NCBI RefSeq assembly: GCF_902652985.1
Contig: NC_047023.1
Coordinates: 41,416,001 to 41,480,000, forward strand
DNA length: 64,000 nucleotides
From: Pecten maximus
Taxonomy: Eukaryota
Direction of reading: 5' to 3'
Shown here: positions 36,449-47,740 of the stretch, one piece after another
Numbering within the stretch: the first letter of the stretch is position 1
Layout of the letters: each line of letters starts with the position of its first letter
Program-made: the position numbers and the translations under genes
Notes under the pieces: model-generated
What the model saw: the letters and a program-made list of their open reading frames with translations, nothing else
Told to the model about the DNA's origin: nothing
Databases searched by the model: none

Positions 36449-37460
36449 CAGATAATGGATGCATGGGAACACGTAAGATAATGGATGCATTGGAACACTT
36501 AAGTCAGATAATGGACACATGGGAACACTTAAGTCAGATAATGGACGCATGAGACACTTAAGTCAGATAATGGACGCATGAGACACTTTAGTCAGATAAT
36601 GGACACATGGGAACACCTAAGTCAGATAATGGACACATGGGAACACCTAAGTCAGATAATGGATGCATGGGAACACTTAAGTCAGATAATGGACACATGG
36701 GAACACTTAAGTCAGATAATGGACACATGAGACACTTAAGTCAGATAATGGACACATGGGAACACTTAAGTCAGATAAGGGACACATGGGAACACTTAAG
36801 TCAGATAATGGACACATGGGAACACTTAAGTCAGATAATGGAGGCATGGGAACACTTGAGTCAGATAATGGACACATGGGAACACTTGAGTCAGATAATG
36901 GACACATGGAAACACTTAAGTCAGAAAATGGACACATGGGAACACTTAAGTCAGATAATGGACACATGGGAACACTTAAGTCAGATAATGGATGCATTGG
37001 AACACCTAAGTCCGATAATGGATGCATGGGAACACTTAAGTCAGATAATGGACACATGGGAACACTTAAGTCAGATAATGGACGCATGAGACACTTAAGT
37101 CAGATAATGGACACATGGGAACACTTAAGTCAGATAATGGACGCATGAGACACTTAAGTCAGATAATGGACGCATAAGACACTTAAGTCAGATAATGGAC
37201 AGATGGGAACACCTAAGTCAGATAATGGACGCATGGGAACACACTTAAGTCAGATAATGGGCGCATGGGAACACCTTAGTCAGATAATGGATGCATGGGA
37301 ACACTTAAGTCAGATAATGGACACATGGGAACACTTAAGTCAGATAATGGACGCATGGGAACACCTAAGTCAGATAATGGATGCATGAGAACACTTAAGT
37401 CAGATAATGGACGCATGGGAACACTTAAGTCAGATAATGGACACATGGGAACACTTAAGT
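36449..37460. repeat. 30-bp (28-bp variant) minisatellite
   Basis: Unit GTCAGATAATGGACACATGGGAACACTTAA. Confidence 0.95.
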
Positions 37461-39102
37461 CCTGACAGTCAGTGATAGCACGAGTCCTGACAGTCAGTGA
37501 TAGTACGAGTCCTGACAGTCAGTGATAGTACGAGTCCTGACAGTCAGTGATAGTACAGCGAGTCCTGACAGTCAGTGATAGTACGAGTCCTGACGGTCAG
37601 TGATAGTACGAGTCCTGATGGTCAGTGATAGTACGAGTCCTGACAGTCAGTGATAGTACGAGTCCTGACAGTCAGTGATAGTACGAGTCCTGACAGTCAG
37701 TGATAGTACGAGTCCTGACAGTCAGTGATAGTACGAGTCCTGACAGTCAGTGATAGTACAGCGAGTCCTGACAGTCAGTGATAGTACGAGTCCTGACAGT
37801 CAGTGATAGTACGAGTCCTGACAGTCAGTGATAGTACGAGTCCTGACAGTCAGTGATAGTACAGCAAGTCCTGACAGTCAGTGATAGTACGAGTCCTGAC
37901 AGTCAGTGATAGTACGAGTCCTGACAGTCAGTGATAGTACGAGTCCTGACAGTCAGTGATAGTATAGCGAGTCCTGACAGTCAGTGATAGTACAGTGAGT
38001 CCTGACAGTCAGTGATAGTACGAGTCCTGACAGTCAGTGATAGTACGAGTCCTGACAGTCAGTGATAGTACGAGTCCTGACAGTCAGTGATAGTATAGCG
38101 AGTCCTGACAGTCAGTGATAGTACAGTGAGTCCTGACAGTCAGTGATAGTACGAGTCCTGACAGTCAGTGATAGTACGAGTCCTGACAGTCAGTGATAGT
38201 ACGAGTCCTGACAGTCAGTGATAGTACGAGTCCTGACAGTCAGTGATAGTACGAGTCCTGACAGTCAGTGACGGTACGAGTCCTGACAGTCAGTGATAGT
38301 ACGAGTCCTGACAGTCAGTGATCGTACGAGTCCTGACAGACAGTGATAGTACAGCGAGTCTTGACAGTCAGTGATAGTTCAAGTCCTGACAGTCAGTGAT
38401 AGTACGAGTCCTGACAGTCAGTGATAGTACAGTGAGTCCTGACAGTCAGTGATAGTATGAGTCCTGACAGTCAGTGATAGTATGAGTCCTGACAGTCAGT
38501 GATAGTACAGCGAGTCCTGACAGTCAGTGATAGTACGAGTCCTGACAGTCAGTGATAGTACGAGTCCTGACAGTCAGTGATAGTACAGCGAGTCCTGACA
38601 GTCAGTGATAGTACGAGTCCTGACAGTCAGTGATAGTACGAGTCCTGACAGTCAGTGATAGTACAGTGAGTCCTGACAGTCAGTGATAGTACGAGTCCTG
38701 ACAGTCAGTGATAGTACGAGTCCTGACAGTCAGTGATAGTACGAGTCCTGACAGTCAGTGATAGTACAGTGAGTCCTGACAGTCAGTGATAGTACGAGTC
38801 CTGACAGTCAGTGATAGTACCAGTCCTGACAATCAGTGATAGTACCGTGAGTCCTGACAGTCAGTGATAGTACAGCGAGTCCTGACAGTCAGTGATAGTA
38901 CGAGTCCTGACAGTCAGTGATAGTACGAGTCCTGACAGTCAGTGATAGTACGAGTCCTGACAGTCATTGATAGTACGAGTCCTGACAGTCAGTGATAGTA
39001 CAGTGAGTCCTGACAGTCAGTGATAGTACGAGTCCTGACAGTCAGTGATAGTACAGTGAGTCCTGACAGTCAGTGATAGTACAGCGAGTCCTGACAGTCA
39101 GT
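37458..39102. repeat. 25/28-bp minisatellite directly abutting the previous array
   Basis: Unit GAGTCCTGACAGTCAGTGATAGTAC(AGY), containing the CTGAC-A-GTCAG palindrome. Confidence 0.96.
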
Positions 39103-40399
39103 CGCTGTACTCACTATACTATTTTTCATCATTACCTAATTACGATGGTGACTAAGCCATTGACTAGCCCTATATGCAAATGTTTAATCCTCTGTTGATA
39201 CTGGTGACCAAATCAAACAGTTACTTTTATGAAACATTTTTAATAATTAGAATTTGACATGCAAACTTAATTTTTCAGTAACTTCTACAAAAAGTGAATG
39301 AAAGTATATCAAGCAGACCAAGCTCAATGTGTACAAACCAAAAAATTGTAAAAATGTTAGGACATTCAAAAATTTATAACTGTGCCATATATCAAATATT
39401 TTCTTCTTTTCAGGAAGCATAACATTGCAACTAACAAATACTTCAATAGATATCACTAGCAAATGGTAGTGGAAAAAATAACAACCTTTCGATAAAAAAA
39501 AAACCACAAAGCAATTGAACAACAAATGTACGATCAACTGAATTGAGTTTCTAGCATGCTTCAAGGAACCAAAATTATTCAATAATCAATTCAAATCGTC
39601 CGAAGAAATTAATTTACAAGAAACTGTAAATTCATTTTTCTTAAGACATTTTGTCTTAAAACATTTCATACGTATGAAATAAAACAGCACCTTAAGACAC
39701 ACATTGTTATTTCTTTAACTTAATTTTCTGTTCCTGTTTTAGCCACAGAGTAAGATTTCTTTACTTAACTTATACTGATTCTAGTGTTTAATTCAAACTT
39801 TTTTATGATTTCTTCTGATTTAGAATTATTTATTATAGGCCTACATACATTGTACAAATGAATGCTTGATAATCAAAATCACTCCCTACTTGTGGTTCAT
39901 GAAGACATGAACTATTTCAGTGGAATATTCCTTACCACCACTTCCAGATTAGTTTCCTGAAGGAATTAGAATTAGACATCTGTCATTTGAATGTTTGTTT
40001 AAGAATGTATGAGGACACCTGATTGGCTTTGAATAGTTAGTAAGAGGACATCTGATTGGCCCATTTACTTGATAAGTGAATAAAGATGCATACAAAACAA
40101 GAGGCTAAATGAAGCAGATTAAAATGTGACAAAGAGTAATAAACCAATAAAAGCCACAGTGTGTGTAGATATGGAGTAAGTAAGGCTGACCACAGGACAA
40201 AAGTGCTATATACCTCCTCAAACAAAATCTGAAAAACAGCAAGAACATATCTGTCACCATAATGTGCAAAAACCATAATTATAGGTGACACAAGGAACTG
40301 TCAGAAAATCAAAAGTTCCTTCAATGACCCCCCCAATCTCCAACACTCCATCCTCTCCTTCAACACCCGCGACCCCCAACCCCCAACCCCCCAACCCTT

Positions 40400-41608
40400 T
40401 AGAGCCCCATCTCCAACACTCTATCCTCTCTAGCCCCATCTCCAACACTCCCTCTATATCGATCTCTAGCCCTATCCCAACACTCTCTCCTCTCTAGCCC
40501 CATCTCCAACACTCCCTCCTCTCTAGCCCCATCTCCAACACTCCCTCCTCTTTAGCCCTATCCCAACACTCCCTCCTCTCTAGCCCCATCTCCAACACTC
40601 CCTCCTCTCTAGCCCCATCTCCAACACTCCCTCCTCTTTAGCCCTATCCCAACACTCCCTCCTCTCTAGCCCCATCTCCAACATTCCCTCCATATCGATC
40701 TCTAGCCCTATCCCAACACTCCCTCCTGTCTAGCCCCGTCTCCAACACTCTATCCTCTCTAGCCCCATCTCGAACACTTCCTCATCTCTAGCCCCATCTC
40801 CAATACTCTATCCTCTCTAGCCCCATCTCCAACACTCCCTTCTCTCTAGCCCCAACCCAACACTCCCTCCTCTCTAGCCCCGTCTCAAACACTCCCTCCT
40901 CTCTAGCCCCATCTCCAACACTCCCTCCTCTCTAGCCCCGTCTCAAACACTCTATCCTCTCTAGCCCCATCTCCAACACTCCCTCCTCTCTAGCCCCATC
41001 TCAAACACTCTATCCTTCTCTAGCCCCGTCTCCAACACTCACTCCTCTCTAGCCCCGTCTACAACACTCCCTCCTCTCTAGCCCCGTCTCCAACACTCCC
41101 TCCTCTCTAGCCCCGTCTCAAACACTCCCTCCTCTCTAGCCCCGTCTCAAACACTCCCTCCTCTCTAGCCCCGTCTCCAACACTCTATCCTCTCTAGCCC
41201 CATCTCCAACACTCCCTCCTCTCTAGCCCCATCTCAAACACTCTATCCTTCTCTAGCCCCGTCTCCAACACTCCCTCCTCTCTAGCCCCGTCTACAACAC
41301 TCCCTCCTCTCTAGCCCCGTCTCCAACACTCCCTCCTCTCTAGCCCCGTCTCAAACACTCCCTCCTCTCTAGCCCCATCTCCAACACTCCCTCCTCTCTA
41401 GCCCCATCTCCAACACTCCCTCCTCTCTAGCCCCATCTCCAACACTCCCTTCTCTCTAGCCCCATCTCCAACACTCCCTCCTCTCTAGCCCCATCTCCAA
41501 CACTCCCTTCTCTCTAGCCCCAACCCAACACTCCCTCCTCTCTAGCCCCATCTCCAACACTCCCTCCTCTCTAGCCCCATCTCCAACACTCCCTCCTCTC
41601 TAGCCCTA
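40400..41608. repeat. ~29-30 bp C-rich minisatellite
   Basis: Unit CTCTCTAGCCCCRTCTCCAACACTCCCTC; G-rich on the minus (UGCG sense) strand. Confidence 0.95.
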
Positions 41609-42710
41609 TCAAATTAACACCATTGTGTATACCGTATACACTTTTCATACTATAAGTATCCCATTCTTAGGAAACACTTATTTTCGTGAGTGCTCTTAAA
41701 ATAAAACAGCTGCTATGTTGCTCTTATGACCTTTATATTGAAATTAAACTTAATCAACAGCCGTATCTTAAAGAAAACTTTATATTGGATAATAAAGTTA
41801 ATCAACAGCCTTATCTTTAAAGCACTTCAATGTAGTCTAGATATTTAATACAGCCTAAAACAGCCTCCTTATACACATGCCCACTAATATACTTGTAATT
41901 TTGCTCTCTATATATTTTTGTTTGTTAATTAACAGACTTTGACAATTGACAAACGAAATGTCAATCCAACAAGTATGTTTTGTTTTTCTTTTGTTTTCTT
42001 TTCCTGATGTTTGCTGCTCTAGAATTAATTCAGTTCAAATCTTATCTGCTGTAAATTTAAATATTTTAGTGGGAATATCTTATTTGAACACTTTTCATGC
42101 TGCCTAATGCACTTAAACTTCACTAATTAGACTTTATACCAGTTTATAGCAAATGTTAGTAAGCAAATTTATTATTGTTTTAATCCAAGTTAAAATTTTA
42201 TAGCATACTAAAATCCACCAAAATCATGCATTTTTACCATAAGTCAAAGCAGGTAAGAATTGCTAAATCAAAACCACAAATTTCTGAGCTTATTTTACAA
42301 TTGAGACAAATTTCTAAAACTGCTTTTAAAACCTCCAAAATGTGTTTATTGGAAGTTCATAATGTTAGTAAAGTGCTGATGTTAGTTTGTGTGCAAATAA
42401 GTAAAATTAATACAGATTTGTAATTTTTATTTTCAAGTCAGGCAAAACTGCAAATTCATAGAAGCATGTCCAGAACTGGGTATAATATTGGATATGCATT
42501 AGATATCCAGCAATTTTCAGAAATATTCTTTAGATGCATTTTCAGATAAATCTTTTCCCAAATCTGTTCATTTAATCACTATTCAGGCCTGCTCTAAATC
42601 TTAATTAGCTCTACAATAAAAATATGGTGATCACAAAAAACCAGACCTTTATATAAATATTGAAAATTTCCCTACTGATCAATCAAGATACGAGATAAAT
42701 GAGAGGAAAA

Positions 42711-43130
42711 GGGAGATAATCTGTAGGGGAGAGGACAAGGGAGATAATCTGTAGGGGAGAAGACAAGGGAGATAATCTGTAGGGGAGAGGACAAGGGAGA
42801 TAATCTGTAGGGGAGAGGACAAGGGAGATAATCTGTAGGGGAGAGGACAAGGGAGATAATCTGTAGGGGAGAGGACAAGGGAGATAATCTGTAGGGGAGA
42901 AGACAAGGGAGATAATCTGTAGGGGAGAGGACAAGGGAGATAATCTGTAGGGGAGAGGACAAGGGAGATAATCTGTAGAGAAGACAAGAAAATCATCTGT
43001 AAGAAAGAGGATAAGAGAGATAATCTGTTGGAGAGAGGACAAGGGAGATCATCTGCAGAGAAGACAAGGGAGATAATCTGTAGAGAGGACAAGGGAGATA
43101 ATCTGTAAGAAAGAGGATAAGGGAGATAAT
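42711..43130. repeat. 28-bp purine-rich minisatellite with a degenerate tail continuing past the 43298 element
   Basis: Unit GGGAGATAATCTGTAGGGGAGAGGACAA; degenerate copies at 43250-43298 and 44600-44715. Confidence 0.9.
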
Positions 43131-43297
43131 TCAATGAACTTGAAGGGGGAATACAACAAAGATCATTAGTTAAGGGAATGATAACAACAGCAATCATTTA
43201 TAGTAAGAGAACAGCGATGTGTAAACATGGGAAATTATTTGAGGGGTGCGAGGACAAGGGAGATAATTTGCTGAAGATATGACAAGGGTTTGTTAGG

Positions 43298-44599
43298 ACA
43301 AGAGGCCCATGGGCCTTAACGGTCACCTGAGTTATGATATATTTTAGCATATTTGACCCTTGTGACCTTCAATGATGGTCAAGATCATCCATTTGAACAA
43401 ACTTGATAGCCCTTCATCATAGCATGCTACAGACCCAATATTAGGTATCTGCGCCACTTGGTTATGAAGAAGAAGTTGTTTGAAAAAGATTTTAGCATGT
43501 TAGATCCCTGTGACCTTGAATGAAGTTCAAGGTCATCCATTATAACAAACTTGGTAGCCCTTCATCCCAGCATGCTACAGACCTAATATTGGGTCTCTGG
43601 GCCTTTTGGTTAACAAGAAGAATTCGTTTAAAGATTTTAGCATATTTGACCCCTGTGACCTTGAATGAAAGTCAAGGTCATCCATTTGAACAAACTTGGT
43701 AGCCCTTCATTATAGCATGCTACAGACCCAATATTGGGTCTCTGGGCCACTTGGTTATCAAGAAGTTGTTTAAAAAAGATTTTAGCATGTTGGATCCCTG
43801 TGACCTTGAATGAAGGTCAAGGTCATCCATTATAACAAACTTGGTAGCCCTTCATCATAGCATGCTACAGACCTAATATTGGGTCTCTGGGCCTTTTGGT
43901 TAACAAGAAGAATTCGTTTAAAGATTTTAGCATATTTGACCCCTGTGACCTTGAATGAAAGTCGAGGTCATCCATTTGAACAAACTTGGTAGCCCTTCAT
44001 CATAGCATGCTACAGACCCAATATTGGGTCTCTGGACCACTTGGTTATCAAGAAGTTGTTTAAAAAAGATTTTAGCATGTTGGATCCCTGTGACCTTGAA
44101 TGAAGGTCAAGGTCATCCATTATAACAAACTTGGTAGTCCTTCATCCCAGCATGCTACAGACCTAATATTGGGTCTCTGGGCCTTTTGGTTAACAAGAAG
44201 AAGTCGTTTAAAGATTTTAGCATATTTGACCCCTGTGACCTTTAAAGAAGCGAGGTCATTCATTTGAACAAACTTGGTAGCTCTTCATCCCAACATGTTA
44301 CAGACCTAATATTGAGTCTCTGGACCTTTTGGTTAACAAGAAGAAGTTGTTTAAAGATTTTAGCAAATTTGACCCATGTGACCTTGGATGAAGGTCAAGG
44401 TCATCCACTTGAACAAACTTTGTAGCCCTTCATCCCAGCATGTTACACACCCAATATCAGGTCTCTGGGCCTGTTCGTTATTGAGAAGAAGTTTTAAATG
44501 TAAATTGTTTACGACCCACGCCGGACGGCGCACGATGGACGACGCCGGACAAAAGGGCGATCGCAATAGGTCAACTGAGACTTTGTCTCAGATGACCTA
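43298..44599 (-). mobile_element. Full-length HINE with ~8 x ~145-bp internal repeats
   Basis: Termini ACAAGAGGCCCATGGGCCTTAACGGTCACCTGAG and AGGTCAACTGAGACTTTGTCTCAGATGACCTAA; GACG/GCCGGAC microsatellite at ~44512-44550. Confidence 0.9.
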
Positions 44600-44780
44600 A
44601 AAAGTGAGATAATTTGTGAGGTGTAAGGACAAAGGAGACAATTTGTGAAGTGTTAGGACAGGGGACACAATTTGTAGAAGTAGGATAAGGAAGTGTGAGG
44701 ACAAGGGAGATAATTTTAAGACTGAGAGAAATTAAGATAATAGAGAGGTCCAGTGTATACGTGTGCTGGGTTAGACTTAC

Positions 44781-44893
44781 GTTGTGATGAGAGAGACGAG
44801 AGTTAAGAAGAATATCACACAGTAACCAACGGTACAGAGGATGGCGATGAAGAAGATGATGTAGGACTGTGTCTGCTCATCCAGGTAAAACAT
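44781..44893 (-). CDS. UGCG: UGCG-like coding exon 1 (N-terminal signal-anchor TM helix)
   Basis: TTTTTCAG|TCCAAG-ATG (acceptor at 44900-44901, so further 5'-UTR exons exist upstream); MFYLDEQTQSYIIFFIAILCTVGYCVIFFLTLVSLIT; AC|GTAAGT donor in phase with exon 2. Confidence 0.9.
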
Positions 44894-45007
44894 CTTGGAC
44901 TGAAAAACAAAATGAGGAGATGTAAATCACAATTACTGTAACAAGTTTAAAGTCACTCCCTAGGAATGACATTCAGTAAATCTTGCAATAAGACTGAATG
45001 ATTCAGT

Positions 45008-45406
45008 ATAAGGGCCCCACAGTATATATGTCTAGCATTAAACTCAATCCGTCGAGGTCATTATAGTGATTTGAGTGATGTAAATAGAAAGCGATTTATT
45101 TCAAAATGGTCAAGCGTGAACTTTGAACCTTGAATGATGATTTTAATCCAATAATCACAAAATCCGCCTATCATCGTGTATCATTTGGATAAAGTCCAGG
45201 ACCTTATGTCAAGTGCCTTATATAATTTATTTTGACATCATATTTCTGGTGCTATTTATAGTAACAGTAACCTTGATTTTGACCTCAGAGAAAGTGGTGT
45301 TGGACAGATAGACGATGGACAGATAGAAGGACGGACAGATAGATAGCCGGACAGACACAGGAATTACTATACCGGTAGATCAACTGCATTACATGCAGGG
45401 CCCTAA
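45008..45406 (-). mobile_element. Degenerate HINE-like element with a GACAGATA microsatellite
   Basis: AGGGCCC at both ends, a (GGACAGATAG)-type tract at 45301-45360 next to the right end, and internal GACCTTGA-like motifs. Confidence 0.5.
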
Positions 45407-45850
45407 TTATTCATTTCAAATTATACGAATATTATGTAATAAGTTTCAAAGAAACCTGTACGCTAGAAACATTTATCCGTGTATTCCATGTATCCAGATA
45501 CAAGAACACATTTCACAAGTTATTTATACCACACACTTGATATGCTGAAGCATGAAGAGAAATGACATAATCAAAATGCTCTTTCAAAAGAATAAAATAA
45601 CCAAAGCTGTATAAGAATGAAGAAGAAAAAAATGGCAACACCTGGAATTTGACTAATCCAGGCCAGGTATGAGTGTTAACGAGGTAATAATCCAGGCCAG
45701 GTATGAGTGTTAACGAGGTAATATCATGTGTCAAGGTCACATTTCTAACATACAGGTAGTCAACAAGTAATTTAAAGGGATATCATCCAGAATATAGTAT
45801 GTTTTTATTATTCTCTAGATCCCTAAAAAGGTATGTAATAGATTTTCAGA

Positions 45851-47047
45851 ATGTTTTATCTCTATAAGATTGGCTATATGGAGCGAGTGTTTTATCTCTA
45901 TAAGATTGGCTATATGGAGCGAGTGTTTTATCTCTATTAGATTGGCTATATGGAGCGAGTGTTTTATCTCTATTAGATTGGCTATATAGAACAAGTGGTT
46001 TATCTCTATTAGATTGGCTATATAGAACAAGTGTTTTTCTCTCTATTAGATTGGCTATATAGAACAAGTGTTTTTCTCTCTATTAGATTGGCTATATAGA
46101 ACAAGTGTTTGGATCTCTATTAGATTGGCTATATAGAACGAGTGTTTGGATCTCTATTAGATTGGCTATATAGAACAAGTGTTTTATCTCTATTAGATTG
46201 GCTATATAGAACAAGTGTTTTTCTCTCTATTAGATTGGCTATATAGAACGAGTGTTTGGATCTCTATTAGATTGGCTATATAGAACGAGTGTTTTATCTC
46301 TATTAGATTGGCTATATAGAACAAGTGTTTTTCTCTCTATTAGATTGGCTATATGGAACGAGTGTTTGGATCTCTATTAGATTGGCTATATAGAACGAGT
46401 GTTTTTATCTCTATTAGATTGGCTATATAGAACGAGTGTTTGGATCTCTATTAGATTGGCTATATAGAACGAGTGTTTTATCTCTATTAGATTGGCTATA
46501 TAGAACGAGTGTTTGGATCTCTATTAGATTGGCTATATAGAACGAGTGTTTTATCTCTATTAGATTGGCTATATAGAACGAGTGTTTGGATCTCTATTAG
46601 ATTGGCTATATAGAACGAGTGTTTTATCTCTATTAGATTGGCTATATGGAGCGAGTGTTTTATCTCTATTAGATTGGCTATATAGAACGAGTGTTTTATC
46701 TCTATTAGATTGGCTATATGGAGCGAGTGTTTTATCTCTATTAGATTGGCTATATAGAACGAGTGTTTGGATCTCTATTAGATTGGCTATATAGAACGAG
46801 TGTTTTATCTCTATTAGATTGGCTATATGGAGCGAGTGTTTTATCTCTATTAGATTGGCTATATAGAACGAGTGTTTGGATCTCTATTAGATTGGCTATA
46901 TAGAACGAGTGTTTTATCTCTATTAGATTGGCTATATAGAACGAGTGTTTGGATCTCTATTAGATTGGCTATATAGAACGAGTGTTTGGATCTCTATTAG
47001 ATTGGCTATATAGAACGAGTGTTTTATCTCTATTAGATTGGCTATAT
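45851..47047. repeat. 36/37-bp minisatellite (~33 units), each with a CCAAT box on the minus strand
   Basis: Unit GAGTGTTT(TA/GGA)TCTCTATTAGATTGGCTATATAGAAC. Confidence 0.95.
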
Positions 47048-47740
47048 GAAAGTGTATCATGGTTCCCAAGTCATCTGATATGTGGTAATTAGATATATTT
47101 CATAAATTGCAGTCCACTTTTAGGAGATTTCTTAAAATATCTTTTTCAAGCATATATTTTTTTTGGAAATGTCAAATATTTTCTTCAAAAAGGTAATTTC
47201 TAGAGGTGGTAAAAAATTTGGAATAAAACTCAGAATGAACTATGATAGCTTCTGTATATAAATGTGTTTACATCGGTTGTATTATCATCACCATTGTAAA
47301 CCTCCAGATACAGAGATAACAACCCAAAGTTTAAGGAGAATTATTTACCATGTACTTTGAATCACTGGTCACTTCCACTTTGTTTACTAATATTCCAGAT
47401 TAAGTGCTTAAACTTCTTTAAAGTTGGTCCATATCCTGTGTATGTGGACATTATCTGTTAATAGGTTTACAAATAAACATGTGGTCACTATAGGTCAGTC
47501 AAGTAGCTATATATAAACAGTTCTACCACGTCAAAGTTTCTACCAAGACTAATTCTACAATACAGTTTACAGCTTTCAAAAATCTTTATTTTTCATTTTA
47601 TCTGTCATTAAAAATTACAGGGAAAAAAACAACTTATAACAAACATATTCTGAAAATTAATGTATGAATATGTATATATATTGGCCCTCCCTTTCTAGAT
47701 TTAGACAGTTCCTAGTTTCCTCTGTCACCTGAAGGTATCA

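Larger units (their letters stand above)
19915..44893 (-). other. UGCG: Gene span (ATG to stop) of a divergent ceramide glucosyltransferase (GT21, UGCG-like), 9 coding exons, 1218 nt CDS, 405 aa
   Basis: Nine GT-AG exons join in frame (113+142+103+102+116+179+87+193+183 nt). The product aligns end-to-end with vertebrate UGCG as I recall it: PGVSIIKPLMGLDP, DPAI, GFAATVEKIYFG, TGMS, LAEDFF, RMVRWTRLR, DYLQLRTVQ. Likely a paralog rather than the canonical ortholog. Confidence 0.93.

Noticed and set aside
32044-37388. SSVLDPDSIL and MGTLKSDNGH repeat ORFs
   Set aside because: Products of 30-bp minisatellites in UGCG-like introns; 28-bp variants break the frame.
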